NCBI RefSeq assembly: GCF_018977255.1
Contig: NW_024704743.1
Coordinates: 88,042,001-88,106,000, forward strand
DNA length: 64,000 nt
Source: Callorhinchus milii
Taxonomy: Eukaryota
Direction: 5' to 3'
How positions within the stretch are numbered: position 1 is the first letter of the stretch; every line of letters begins with the position of its first letter. Position numbers and translations under genes: made by a program. Below the pieces are notes generated by a model. It saw only the letters and a program-made list of their open reading frames with translations, was not told the origin of the DNA and searched no databases. Below, in pieces: positions 24,132-37,288 of this stretch.

Positions 24132-27100
24132 CCCCAGCCCCAGCCTATGGGCTAATGCATCCACCTGACCGCTCGCTCCCAGTCCCCGCGTGCGCATTAT
24201 GGCTGCTGCTCTGACCCGAGCCATCTCCCCCCCTCCCTCCCTCCCCCCAAAACCTCCCCCCTCTGCATCTCTCCCGCTCTGTCCTCCTCCATCCCTCTCG
24301 CCTTCTATCCCCACTTGATCCTCCCACAACCTCCCTCTGTTTCAGCCTGGGAATCCTCCGCCGGGCTCACCGTGGCACTCGGCGTTGGCTGTCCAGCAGC
24401 AGCCACACCGACTGCCCCATTCCCCACCACACTCGCCAGCCACTCCGGACACAGACCCGAAGACCCAACCTCTCCTCCCTCATCCCCATTCCCCCCACCC
24501 CTGCCTCACAACCTGGACCCCCCTCCCTCCCCACACGCCCTTCTGTCAACCACTCCCTCCACATCGGACTACAAAATGTCTGCTCCCTCTGTAACAAGGC
24601 CCTGGTCATCAACAATCTCATCCTTGATGAGTGACTTGACATCATGGCCTTAACGGAAACCTGGCTCACCCCAGGCAACACCTTCCCCGTCACGGAGGCC
24701 ACACCACCCGGCTACACCTCCCACCACATCCCTCGCCCCACCCTCTCCTCCACGCTCGACACACTTGCCCCCATCACCTCCCGTACTGTCTCCTACTCTC
24801 GCTCCTCCCCCTGGTTCACCACCCAAATCCGCTCACTAAAGACCCAGGTGCGGGACGCTGAACGCACCTGCCTCAAATCTGGCCTAACGGTCCACCGACA
24901 AATCTGGCTGGACCTCCTCAAAATCTACCACTCCACTCTAGCCTCGGCCAAGTCGTCCTTCTACTCCAGAATAATCCTGGAGGTGAAGGACAACACCAGG
25001 CTTCTGTTCTCTACCACATCCCGACTGCTCCGTCCCCCCGCCACCCGCGCAGGTCATCTCCTCCAACCTTCACTGCGAGGAGATGCTGGATTTCCTTGAA
25101 TCCAAAATCAAGGGAATCTGCTCCGCGGTCACTTCCCCTCCAACTTCCACCCACCCCCACCCCTTCCCTCCCACACTCCGACTCCTACCCATCCTCCCCT
25201 ACACACCTTCGAACCCGTTTCCCCACCCTCTGTCACCAAACTCATCCTGTCCCTGAAAACCACCACCTGCTCCCTTGACCCCATCCCCACTCCACTCCTT
25301 ATCTCTCAGCTCCACCTCCTTGCCCCACTTCTCACAGACATCATCAACCTCCTCTGGTTCTGTTCCCCTAAAAACTGCCACCATCACGCCCACCCTGAAA
25401 AAATCCTCCTTTGATGCGTCGCAGCTATCAAGCTACCGGCCCATCTCCAACCTCCCCTTCCTGTCCAAGGTCCTTGAAAGAGTTGTCGCCTCCCAGCTGC
25501 GCTCTTTCCTCTCCACCCATTCATTATTCTAACCCCTTCAGTCAGGTATCCATGCTGCCCATAGCACAGAAACCGCCCTGGTAAAGGTCACTAATGATAT
25601 CTTGACCATCTGCGACCAGGGCTCCCTCTGCCTCCTCGTCCTCCTCGACCTATCGGCAGCATTCGATACGGTCGACCACGCTATCCTCCTCCACCGCTTG
25701 TCCTCCCACCTCAACCTTCAAGGCCCTGTCCTTGAGTGGTTTAGGTCGTACCTCTCCCACCGTCTTCATTTGGTTTCCACAAACGGCTTTACCTCCAGCC
25801 CCCGCACTGTCTTGTGTGGTGTCCCTCAGGGCTCTGTCCTCGATCCCCTCCTCTTCACCCTCTATATGCTCCCCCTTGGTGACATCATCCACAGACATGG
25901 GGTTAACTTCCACATGTATGCGGATGACACCCAACTCTACCTTTCCTCCTCTACCCTCAACTCCACGACCACCGATGTCCTGACAGCTGCCTGTCCGACA
26001 TCGAGTCCTGGACGAGAGACAACTTTCTTCAGCTCAACGTGCGCAAAACTGAGGCCCTCCTGATTGGCTCACGTCAGCGCCTCCGCACCTCAGGCGCTGA
26101 CAGCATCAGCATCCAAGGCTGCACTCTCCACCTCTCAAAGCCAGTCAGGAACCTCGGGGTTCTGTTCGACCCTGAGCTGTCCTTTCTTCCTCACATCCGC
26201 ACCACAACTGGCACCGCCTTCCATCACCTCCGAAACTCTCTCATCACCGGCCTTCCCGGCACCTCCCTCCACAAGCTGCAGGTCATTCAGAACTCTGCAG
26301 CTCATGTACTGTCCCGCACCAGGCTTCGCGACCACATCACTCCCACCCTCGCTCGCCTCCACTGGCTCCCCATCCCCCAGAGGATCAAATTCAAGATCCT
26401 CATCCTCACCTACAAGGCCATTCACGGCCTTGCTCCCTCCTACCTCTCCGACCTACTATCCCCCTACTTACCTGCTCGTACCCTCCGTTCCTCTGGCTCC
26501 GGTCTGCTCCACATCCCCCGCCCTAACCGCCCTACCATTGGTGACCAGGTCTTCAGCCTCTCAGCCCCGAGGCTCTGGAACTCCATCCCCCAGTGCCTTC
26601 GCCGCTTCCTCCCTTTCCTCCTTCAAGGCCGGTCTCAAGACCTTTCTCTTTGACCGTGCCTTAATAATAATCCTAATAATAATAATAATCCTTGCATTTG
26701 ATATAGCGCTTTTCACGTCGGGAGGACGTCCCAAAGCGCTTCACAGAACACACTGTAAAGTGAATTGACTGTATATTTGTGGGCGAACGCGGCAGCCAAT
26801 TGCGCACAGCAATGTCCCACAAAGAGTCGTAGATTAAAAATGACCAATTTTATTATTGTTTTTGGTTTTGGAGGGATTATTATTAGGCGTGTGGAGTAAG
26901 GAAACTTGCCCAAGGTTTCGCCCTCTGCCTGGAATTGAACTCAGGTCTCTCGCTTGCAAAGCGAGTGCTCTAACCACTGAGCTACAGGACTCCAGCCTTC
27001 AGCTCCCCTCTCAATTCTCTACCCCCTCCTCGCTCCCTCCCTTCCCTCCCCTCACCATTTCCCCCCTGCTCGGGTCCTAACCCAACTGTCCAGTGCCTTG

Positions 27101-27154
27101 GGATGTCCTCCCGACATGAGAGGCGCTCTATAAAGGAAATCTTGTTGTCTTTGT
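24132..27154 (+). mobile_element. L2 LINE, longest copy (EN+RT pseudogene with stops, frameshifts, two internal deletions and a nested SINE)
   Basis: Translates to GLQNVCSL..MALTETWL (APE EN), [35 protein letters not shown] and HMYADD (25911-25928). Ends in the 3' stem-loop and TTG tail. An 8-bp direct repeat TGTGGCTG at 24124-24131 and 27155-27162 is the candidate TSD. Confidence 0.96.
26663..26994 (-). mobile_element. Full-length young tRNA-Ala SINE nested in L2
   Basis: 5-bp TSD GCCTT at 26658-26662 and 26995-26999. The uninterrupted site gaccgtgccttcagctccc is seen in the sister L2 at ~37431-37449 (minus). Confidence 0.96.
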
Positions 27155-28086
27155 TGTGGCTGGCGTTATTTTCAGAAAATTGTCCGCAATTATATCAGTT
27201 CTTAGATGCTGAGCAGACCCGCTGGCTTCCTGCATTACAAAATGGCTGACTTTCAGATCATGAGGTCACTTCTTGCTTGCTGTGAGAAAGGATGTCCTGC
27301 ACTTGTTATGCATGTGGAGAGTGTGTAAAAAAAATTGTCAATAGCCACCTGATAACTTGGAAATCTGACGTTCTTAACGTGTGCAATGGCAGAAGTTTAG
27401 CTTATAAGCAAACCACCTTGTAAGGAGGCATGCTATAATTGGTTCTACTGTAGTATTTACTTTAAACAGCAAATTTAGTAGAAAAATAAGGGTGGCATTT
27501 GAAAAGCCAGTTGGGTAGCAAACCTAGACAAAGAGTTCAGTGTAAACTTCTTTCACAAGAACTTGCATTTGGGGAACTCTTGAAAGAAATGAATGCAGGC
27601 CTGTAGTTGTGAGGATCATCTAAATATCACCAAAAATACAAAACTGTAATTGAATGCATCAAGATGGAAAGACCAAGGCTTTTATATTTTGAACCTGAGC
27701 ATCTTGAAGTTGGCTAGAGAATCAAATGAATTGAAAAAGGATCTACCACAGGGATATTTGACAGGGTAACACAGCAACATACAACATACATATTTTTCAT
27801 GGGAGGAGGAGAGCAATTCCAGCAGTGGAGAGCAAGTAGGCCCCAAAGAATTGTACCACTCTGGTTACCTCCAGCTGGGGCAGTTGATGTGAAGTCAAAC
27901 GAGGGAAGCATCATCGGAGAACACTGAATCCCTATTGAAATTGAATCTCCAGACTCTGGAGTGAAGGAAAAACACTTAAGGTGCATTTAGGGTTGAGGAA
28001 TCGGAGTAACTGTATTACTCCGATAATGTGGAACCCACCAGTGGTTTCTCCACTGTTGACTTGCATTTTTCAGAGATATTAGTTAC

Positions 28087-28278
28087 CAAACAGCAACAAA
28101 AGCAAAATTACATTTGTATAGCACCTTTCACCTCGGGAGGATGTGCCAAGGCGCTGGACAATCAGTGTGTTGGACCTGAGCTAGGGAGCAGGATCGGAGA
28201 GGGCAGGGGGGAAGGGGGGTGACCGAATGCACGGACGAAGAAGAGGGTCTTGAGATGGGTCTTGAAGGAGGCAAGGGA
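28087..28278 (-). mobile_element. L2 3' fragment
   Basis: caacaaaagcaaaattacatttgtatagcacctttcacctcgggaggatgtgccaaggcgct, followed by the reverse complement of SFKTHLKTLFF. Confidence 0.9.
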
Positions 28279-28315
28279 CCAAAGGTCATTTCTGATAACA
28301 GGTCCTGCATAGTAA

Positions 28316-28432
28316 AGTGTCATCCTGGCTCCTGCTTCTGAATCAGAAGATTGTGGGTTCAAGCCTCACTTCAAGACTTTGAACTAACATAGTCTAGGCT
28401 AACACTCCAATGTAGTGCTGTGGGGTGCTACA
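28316..28432 (+). mobile_element. DeuSINE-like head fragment
   Basis: agtgtcatcctggctc...gaatcagaagattgtgggttcaagcc...ctaggctaacactccaatg. Confidence 0.75.
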
Positions 28433-28709
28433 ATTTGAGTTTCTAGACCAAGGCGCCTAGATAACGCCATGAGAAAGTTGGAAGGTGACAAAGGAGAATA
28501 ATGGCATATTTCAGATGGTTTAGCCAGATTGGGGGGAGAAGCTATGCGGGTTTCCTTGCTCACCTAAAGATCTAACTTTTTCACTGTGTTTTCAGTTTTT
28601 CTCCCCTACCCAGCTCATGTTCCCAGTCAGTTACATGAAGTTACAGTTACAGCCTATTGACACAAAACTATATTGGGTTTGAGCTCTTAATTCCATTTAG
28701 CATCTTATG

Positions 28710-29025
28710 TAATAATAATAATAATCCTTGCATTTGATGCGGCAGCTCATCACAGTGACTGTATTTTGAAGGCAAGTGCCTACAATTTGCAAAGAGCAAA
28801 GTCCTACAAACAGCCGCAAAGTGAATGACCATCATTATTAGAAGAATTGTTGGCCAGGACACTGAGAGAAACTCTCTTTTTTTTGTATATTACCATGAGA
28901 TGAATGTTTTAAACGTCCACCTGAACAGACAGATGGGACCTCGGTTTAACATCTTATCTGAAGCATGGTACTTCTGACAGTACAGCACTCCCAGAACACC
29001 ACTGGTTGTCAGCGTAGGCCATGAG
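28710..29025 (-). mobile_element. DeuSINE-like SINE, partial
   Basis: (AAT)n-ccttgcatttgat terminus, plus acgtccacctgaacagacagatgggacctcggtttaacatc. Confidence 0.85.
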
Positions 29026-30287
29026 TGCCACTATTAGCACAAGAGAGATGCATAATATGAAGAACTCATAAACATAGTAGGAAGTGCTAGGGAAAACCAA
29101 ATTATCCATATTTGTTCTTTTAAGTGCAAAGCCTCAGTTTTTTTGCTAATGTCAATCATTCCCGCTCAGGAACCATTTTTTTTCTTTTTCTCATTGACTT
29201 TAGGTTGAAAGAGAGTTAGTCTCACCATTATAATGATAAGTTTACACAAAGGGCTTTGCCAGACTGAAAATTTCTCCTGGTTCGCCATAGGTCATAGGGC
29301 AAAATACATTCTCATTAAACAATATTGGTAAACACCAACTCTAATAGTGTGAAACTAGTGCTTCCTCAACCTTTCTGGGGAGCAGGCAGAGACAGATGAT
29401 GGGATCATGGGAGCATCCCAGCAGTGGCAGCTGCTGCCAGCAGGTCTAACAAGGGTGGTGGAGCCTGGCACGGAAAGAACTTGTCTCCAGAAGTAACAGC
29501 TGAGCTCCGTAGCAACAATAATAAATTAAGCCAGCCCAGGAAATTCTGGATTTTTCCAGCACTGCAGTAAAAGCAAAATGATCATTTTAAACAAATAAAA
29601 ATGGGACATCCTGCTCGATTGTGACATTGGGGATTTATGAAAAGAATATAAATCTATAATGAACAAGACAGTAAAAAGACCACATTCATATCTATCATAT
29701 GCCTAGAACTGTACAAAACAGGATTCCTATTATGCTAACTGTTCACAGTATACCTGCTTATTTATCACTGGCTTTGGATGTTGTGTAAATCTGTTTTTAT
29801 TCCTATTTATTTTCCCCAAGGTTTTGCCGCTCTTTCCTACCTCAATTCCCCTTTACCTGTGATTCTTGATGATATTTGATCTCTGTCTTGTGGAACTGCT
29901 CTTGTACTTGTACACAAGAAATGATTTGTTGCCTGATAGATATTTCTATCCTCTTTTGTAGTCTATCTCCAATTCATCTTGGAACCAAAACACTTTATCA
30001 TAGAGAAGAAGGCCATTCAGCACAATGTGTCTGTGCTGCCTCTTTAAAAGACCAATCCATTCAGTCAAATTTACCTACCTTTTCCTCTAATACCTTCTTC
30101 TTTTCATATCTATCTGGATGCCTCTTGAAAGCTAATATCAATTAGCTCTATCTCAAATTTATCTTGGAATCATTAGATTCATTATTAGAATATAATGGAC
30201 GGGCTGCCAAATATCATCCCATGGGTCGAGGTGGCAGCAGGCTGTTTGTTTGACACCCTTGCTTTGGAGAATGAGCCTAAAGTTTCA

Positions 30288-30975
30288 GGGGATTTGTTCC
30301 TGGTATCCTGGCCAACAAGTCCCCAAAATAAAAATCTGTCTGTTTGTGTTTGTGGGAGATTGCTATGTGCAATTGGGGGGCTGCCTTGTTTCACCCACGA
30401 AATACACAGTCAAACACATTCTGTGAAGCACTTTGAGACATCTCGATGATGTAATAGGCGTTATATCAAATGGACGGATTATTATTATTCATTTACCCAT
30501 CCAGCTGTGTAACATTTGTTAATGCAGGTGTTGAAAATTATATTTTTTGCAATTTCCCTGTAATTATATCAGCATAGTTCCAGGAATTCTGGAATACGTT
30601 CGTGTGAGAATGCTGATGATTACCTTGAAGAAGCAAATGAAAGGGCATCTCCAACAGTAGCTATCTTCAGATGAGACATCAAACCAAATCCTAGTTAAAC
30701 AATCAGGTGGATGTTAAAGATCCCATGGCTCTGTTCAAAAAGGGGAGTTTCCCCAGTGTCCTGGACATCAATCCCCCAAATAAAATTGGTCATTCACTTC
30801 ATGAATGAAGTGAGAACCTGATATGGGCTAATTTGCTGCCTCAATTGCCCACAAAATACAGTCATTGCACTTTACAATAAATCCTATGAAGGTCTTTGAG
30901 ATATCCCTTTGATGTGAAAGGCTCGATGTAAAATAGTGGTCCTCACAGTCTATATCAAATGCAAAGATTATTATT
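30288..30975 (+). mobile_element. Two DeuSINE-like partial copies (~30288-30488 and ~30660-30975)
   Basis: caggtggatgttaaagatcccatggc...ggtcattcacttcatg, and two tatatcaaatg...gattatta termini. Confidence 0.85.
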
Positions 30976-31552
30976 TTATTAAATAATTATTTATTGTTTT
31001 GTGTTTTATTTTTATCCTTGAGGAACTTAACTGATAACAGCAAGTCCAGCATCAATTATCTGACCCAGCACAGTATAACTAGGTTATGAGTGGATCAGTC
31101 AAAAGTAGCCTTCATTAATTTGTTTTATTTTAAGAAAGCGTTTAGGGTTCTCTTAATAATGCACAACAGTGTTGACAACTCAACAAAGCACATTATGTGT
31201 TTTTTCAAATTGTTGTAAGAACAGGACACACATGAACTGTCAATGTGTTTGTTTCAAAGAATAAAATTAGGTATGCAGCAAACTGTGACAGATGTGTGTT
31301 ATGTGTCTGATTTCCATTTTGGATGCTGCCCTCATAATTCAGAGCTATGGAGAAATCCTATATTGCCATTAAATAAATAGAGCATTAGACTCAATCCACA
31401 TCATGAAATTTTGTAGTCTGAAATGTGTGACCTAATCTTCGGATTTGATTGTTGTAAGAGCTTTGCTGACTGCTGCAATCAAATCCTGAAAATGGAGCAT
31501 CAGCCAACAATACAACAGTTCAGAACTGGGGTTGCTGCTGAATAGCTCCACT

Positions 31553-31585
31553 TTCTCTCTCTCTCTCTCTTTCACACATACACAT
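31553..31585. repeat. (CT)n/(CA)n microsatellite
   Basis: tctctctctctctctct followed by cacacatacaca. Confidence 0.8.
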
Positions 31586-33277
31586 GGGGTTGTGAAAAGA
31601 GATTGGTAACTCTAGTATTCAAATTGCTGATAAAGTAACGAATAAGCTTGAAATTTTTTATGCAAATTTAAGTAAACAGGTTATTTAACAGTGTGTTTAT
31701 TTTTTATAACCTTGACATGTGCTCTTGCATTTGGACTTCTTATAAATCCTTTGATCTTGTGAATCCGTTGCTCGGCAGCCCCGAGTTTTGCAATGGAATC
31801 CAGAGCCTGTATTTTGAAATGTGGATATCATCCTTGGCCTTGCTATTAATCACTGCTGGACCCATTGTACTGCTACACTTCAAAAAAGCAAAAAATTGCA
31901 TTTAGAATCACACTGACCAGAAAAGATGTTTAGTGCAAGAGGAAGTACTTGCAACCTGTGGAACGCTGCATAGAAATGATGTTATGTAATAATCACAGGG
32001 AGTCATAGGATAACTCATTCTGTGAGTTTCCTGTACTTTGGTCATGACAAAGTCTTACTGAGTTTTTAATCTTGGTTGAATCTAGCATGTGTACTTGCAA
32101 CAAATTGTGGCAGTGGATTTCTGATTTTGACCAGTCACATTTTAAAATATTGTGCTGCTGTTATACAATCAGGACAAGAGTTGCTTTGCTCCTGACAGTA
32201 TTGTGATGTGGATTAAAGTTGCTTGATAGCTGTGTAAACATCATGCCAGGGAAATAGACTGATATCATTTGAAGATTATATCAATGAGGAGACTTTATAA
32301 CAGAGTCTAAAATGCAATGATTTCAAAGGGGATTTTTTAAATACATTGTCAAAAAGACATCACGTCAACCTGTGGGAATTCTCCAATGCAATTGACTTTC
32401 AGAGATGTCTTCCTGTGAGTCAGCGTGACTTGCATGACTTAGGCGATGTCTCTTCCGCAGACATGGGGTAAACTTTCTTGTCTACATCGCACTATATAGC
32501 TTCAACCCAACCATTGTGACAAAGTCGCATGAGGGACAGGAGTCACACCCTCAGATGTATGAGAATAATATCCTTGAATATGATATAGTGCATATAATTT
32601 TGTTATTAAACATATTGAGCACAGTTAAGTCATTCGACAGTGTGTCAATTTTCAATCACTGGTAGTTTTTGTAGCTGTTTGGGGTACGTCGCAATGCTGA
32701 TAGTTGACTGGCGAGAGTGTAACAGTGTGGGTAGCTGGCTGGTAAGTGTGTAATGGTGGTGAGCATGGCTGAGTAACGGGTGTGTAGGTTGACTGCTACT
32801 TGACATGAAAATTTTCTTGTTTAATTTTTGATGCACAGCACACTGCAATTTTTGTGCTTTCTCAAGCATAATTCTTTTGTCATTACTCATACCTTGAACT
32901 CCTTTGCTATGGAATTATCAAAGATAATCTTTTAGGCGTTCAGCATTCAGCAATATATTGGATTCTTCTGAAGGTTAATCCTAAGATTTACGGTAACGGA
33001 TGGTTTGCGACAGGTGTAGTGAAATCTTTACAAAATCAGCCTGTCTGAGCACTTGGCAATATTGGTGGCGATAGAGGGTTAATGTGACAGGATGTTTGGG
33101 TAGGAATATGTACATGGAGCATATGGTAAGACACATCCATATCATCTATCAGGTATGCAGTTGATTAGCAATTTGCTCATTACTTATTATTCCCAATAAT
33201 TTCTTTTAAATACATAGTTCTGATTTATCAGATTTGTCTTAAGTCATAGTGTACTAAATATTCAGCATTTTAAAAAT

Positions 33278-33610
33278 AGTTTTCGCATTTCATACAGCAC
33301 TTTATTACATATTGAAACCTCTCAAAGGATTTAGTGACTATGTTTCGCAGGCAAACGCCGCAATCCATTTACGCACAGCAGTCTCCCACAAATAGCCATG
33401 GATTGATCGGCCATTTTTTTGTATTTGGCTGATCATTGGCCAGGACATTGGGAAAAACTCCCTTTTCTTTTCGAGTTTTGCTATGGAATCTTTAACATCC
33501 ACCTGAGCAGGCAAGCAGGACCTTGGATTAATGTCTTATCCTAAGGACTATACCTCCAATATTGTGACACTCCACAGCACCGCACTCGAGTATCAGCATA
33601 CATAATGAGC
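33278..33610 (-). mobile_element. DeuSINE-like SINE, partial
   Basis: ggccaggacattggg...atctttaacatccacctgagcaggc...ggacctt. Confidence 0.8.
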
Positions 33611-33680
33611 CAAAGTTCGAAGTCACAACTTTTATAATTTTACTTAAATTTGGGTACATTATAAGTAAATACAATGTGTT

Positions 33681-34343
33681 CACATCCGTTCCCTGACCAG
33701 GACCGTTTTTTTCCACCTCTGCCGTATTGCCCACCTCCATCCATACCTCACAACCACAGCAGCTGAAACCCTTGTGCGTGCCTTTGTCACTTCCCAGCTA
33801 AATTATTCCACTGCCTCCTGGTCTTCCCAGCTCTACCATACACAAGATTTAAAAACTCCACTGCCCGGATTCTCTCCCACACAAAACGCTGTACCCCCAT
33901 CACACTAGTCCTTGCTAAGCTCCGCTGGCTTCCAATTAACAAACGGATCGATTTCAAGATCCTTTCACTCGTTTTCAAATCCCTTCATGCCCTCGCATCT
34001 CCCTACCTATCCGATTTGCTTAACCCCTACTCCACTTCCCGCTGCCTCCATTGGACTGGCTCCAGCCTCCTGTTTGCCCTTCGTTCCCTCCATTCCACCA
34101 TCGGTGGCCATGCCTTCAGCCACTATGACCCCATATACTGGAACTCTCTCTCAATCCCCTCACCTTGCCCTCTCCCTTCCCACTTTCAAATCCCACCCAA
34201 AGTCATTCCTTTTTGATCGTGTTTACGGTCACCTCCCTCTCCTCCTGGCTCGGGTTCGAACTCCGTCACTGTCGGCACTCCAGGCTGCTACCCAGCATGA
34301 AGAACGCTATATAAATGCATGTTGTTGTTGTTGCCGTTGTTGT
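33681..34343 (+). mobile_element. L2 3' fragment (divergent-tail subfamily)
   Basis: Encodes the LRWLPINKRIDFKIL region. Tail ccaggctgctacccagcatgaagaacgctatataaatgca plus (TTG)n. Confidence 0.88.
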
Positions 34344-34677
34344 ACTACAGCCAACTCTACTGGCTCAACTTTAACACATGAACATAATAAAGATGGTTTA
34401 TATTGATAGGCAGGAATATCATCATAGCCTAAATATTTGCTGTGGCCTGCTTTTTCTGTAATATAAACATAATCAGACTTGGAATGTTTCCAAGATTTAT
34501 TAGTGAAAATTGTGATAAAAGATTATGTTACTTCCATGATGTTAAAAACTATTTATCTAACCCTTAGGCTGCGGGAAGATCTATTGAATCTTCTGTCTCT
34601 GTTGGCCAACCAGTTCTGTGTACTTTTAGCTCACAAACTGCATTGCTTCAAAAAGAATTATTAAGTACAATATTAAA

Positions 34678-34995
34678 ACAACAACAACTTGCATTTATAT
34701 AGCGCCATTCACACGGGGTAGCATCCTGGAGCCCTTGACAGTGACAGAGTCTGACCCCAAGCCAGAGGGAGGGGGGAGGTGACTGTAAGCACAATCAAAA
34801 AGGAAGGTCTTTAGGCGGGATTTGAAAGTGGAGAGGAAGGGGCAAGGCAGAGGGATTGAGGGAGAGAGTTCCAGAGTTTCGGGGAGCAGTGGCTGAAGGC
34901 ACGGCCACTGATGTTGGAGCAGAGGGGACGAGGGACGAACAGGAGGCCAGAGCCAGCCAAGCGGTGGCAGGGGCTGGGGAATTGGGGGGTAAGAG
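34678..34995 (-). mobile_element. L2 3' fragment (same divergent-tail subfamily)
   Basis: Minus strand reads ccaggatgctaccccgtgtgaatggcgctatataaatgcaagttgttgttg. Confidence 0.88.
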
Positions 34996-35145
34996 GACAG
35001 ATAGAGAGTATTTAATCAGGATGGAGGCTTATGTGGTGTATAAACACTGCCAAGGACTAGTTAGGCCGAATGGTCTGTTTTTTTTCTGTAGTCAGTGTAA
35101 TTCTACATAAAACACCAGAACATATTTGATGATGATGATAATACT

Positions 35146-35480
35146 TATAATAATAACAATCCTTACATTTTGTACAGTACTTTTTATATCAGGAGGATGT
35201 CTGAAAGCACTTCAAAGGATTACACTGTAATGCTTTGTATATTGTATATTGTGGGTGAATGTGGTAACAAACAGCCATGAAGTGAATGATTAATTGTATT
35301 TGGGGGATTGTTGGCCAAGAGACCAGGAGAAATTCCCAAATAGTGTCATGGAATCTTTAATATCCACCTGAACAAGCAGACAGGACCTCAGTTTAATGTC
35401 TCATCAAAAGATGGCATGCAAAAAAAATGCCCAAAAATGCAGTACATTCCCAGCAGTGTATTAGTGTGTCAGCCTTGACC
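35146..35480 (-). mobile_element. DeuSINE-like SINE, partial
   Basis: SINE tail plus atctttaatatccacctgaacaagcagacaggacctcagtttaatgtctcatc. Confidence 0.85.
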
Positions 35481-35774
35481 AGTTGTGTCCAACCTTCATG
35501 ATTGAATATTTCTTAAATTATGCCATAAATCAAGACATATTCCATCAAGAAAAAAACTTGGATGAATTGACAACTAACTGAGTCAAAACACATCACATTA
35601 TGTCCACATTCCCCAAGCCAGCTGTACAGCAAGGACGGTTTTGGGATGTGATCGCACCTTCACAGCTGTCAAATAAAATCGGCAAAATTTGTTGTTTACC
35701 AATGAAATTCATATAAAAATTGCCAAAAAAGGGGGAGGGGTTTGTCAGTGAAAATGAGTAAAATAAATGTTACG

Positions 35775-35935
35775 CTTACATGAATAAAATTGATCATTTA
35801 TTTCAAGGCTGTTTGTGGCGCATTGCTGTATGCAAATTGGCTGTTGCATTCACCCATGAAAACACGCAGTCGCTACACTTTTGAGATGTCCTCCTGATAT
35901 GAAAGGCCCAGTACCAAATATATGGTTTATTGTTA
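35775..35935 (+). mobile_element. SINE 3' fragment
   Basis: ggctgtttgtggcgcattgctgtatgcaaattggctg...gagatgtcctcctgatatgaaagg. Confidence 0.8.
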
Positions 35936-35961
35936 TTCATCACTGGAAATTGTTTGAGACT

Positions 35962-36856
35962 GCAACAACAAATTGTATAGGACCCTTCACGTCGGAAAAA
36001 CATCCCAGGGCATTGGATAGTCAGGGTTTTTGGACCCGAGCTGGGAGTTGGGGTCAGGAGGAGTGGAGGGCAGGGAGGGTGGAGGTGGGATGATGACTAA
36101 AGGCACGGTCGAAGAGGAAGGTCTTTAGATGGGACTTGAAGGAGGCAAGAGAGAGGGTGAGGTGGAGGGATTGTGGAATAGAGTTCCAGAGCATGGAGGC
36201 AGAGATGCTGAATGCCTGACTGCTAATGGTGGAGCGGGAAGTGCAGGGACTGTGAAGTAGACTGGTGTCCGCCGAGCGGAGGGAGCGGACAGGCTGATAT
36301 CGGGTTATGAGGTCGGAGAAGTGGGGGGAGCAAGAACGAGGAGGACATTGAAGGTAAGAATGAGAGTTTTGTACTCGATTCCCTGCAGAATGGGGAGCTA
36401 GTGAAGCCGGGCAAGAATGGGAGCGATTGGCTCATGGAGCCTGGTGCGGGAGAGAACATGAGCTGCAGAGTTCTGAATAAGCAGGCAGCAAGCAGGCAGT
36501 TGGCATAGTCAAGCTGGGACGTGATGAAACCGTGGATAAGGGTCTCGGCAGCCTATGGTGAGAGGCAGTGGCGGAGGCAGACAATGTTGCACCGGTAGGG
36601 AAACGCAGAACGGGTCACAGCACAAACGTGGAGTTTGAAGGATAGCTGGGGGTCAAAAAGGACACTGAGGTTTTGTATTGGATCAGTGAGGTGAAGAGTG
36701 CAGCCATTAATAGTGATACTGTCAGCACCTGAGGTGAACAGGCACTGCCAGGAGCCAAGCAGGAGGACCTCTGTCTTGCCAACGTTCAGCTGGAAAAAGT
36801 TGGCTTTCATCCAGGACTTGATGTCAGACAGACAATTTGCCAGGACATCAACGGCA
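35962..36856 (-). mobile_element. L2 3' fragment
   Basis: ORF 36553-36810 KANFFQLNVGKTEVLLLG...VLFDPQLSF. Tail at the left end. Confidence 0.92.
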
Positions 36857-37288
36857 AGAAACTATCTGTATTTATTTGAAAATTCAACTTGTTATTGGCT
36901 TCATGTAAACGGGTGATTAGTGTAACTAACGTTCATTGTCAACAGTGGTTAACATTCTGTCTGCTCCAAACCACTCTGCCGTCTAGTCTTTGGTCTAATC
37001 ACTTTCAATCTTTAAACCATAGAAGCAGTTCCTAAGAACTGTACCACACACTCCTTGTCAGTTAACAGCCAACACTGCTATTCTAACCAAATACATAAAG
37101 AAAACTGTGAGGTAACCAACACTGCTGAGTATGACCAAATAAAGAAGACTGTGAGATAATACTTTGAAATGGTTATGAAATCACTGGTATTATTAATATG
37201 GTGATCCGATTTTAAATAAAAAATAAATTCTGCCACTTTTAGAAGCTGGTACTGTGAGACACTTGGATGGAAAAATTGGCAAGGCATG

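Noticed and set aside
24145..24702. Pro-rich and Gly/Arg-rich ORFs
   Set aside because: Alternative-frame and antisense readings of the C-rich L2 5' region.
32444..32491. Small hairpin gcgatgt...acatcgc as a possible miRNA or ncRNA
   Set aside because: The stem is too short and interrupted to distinguish from chance.
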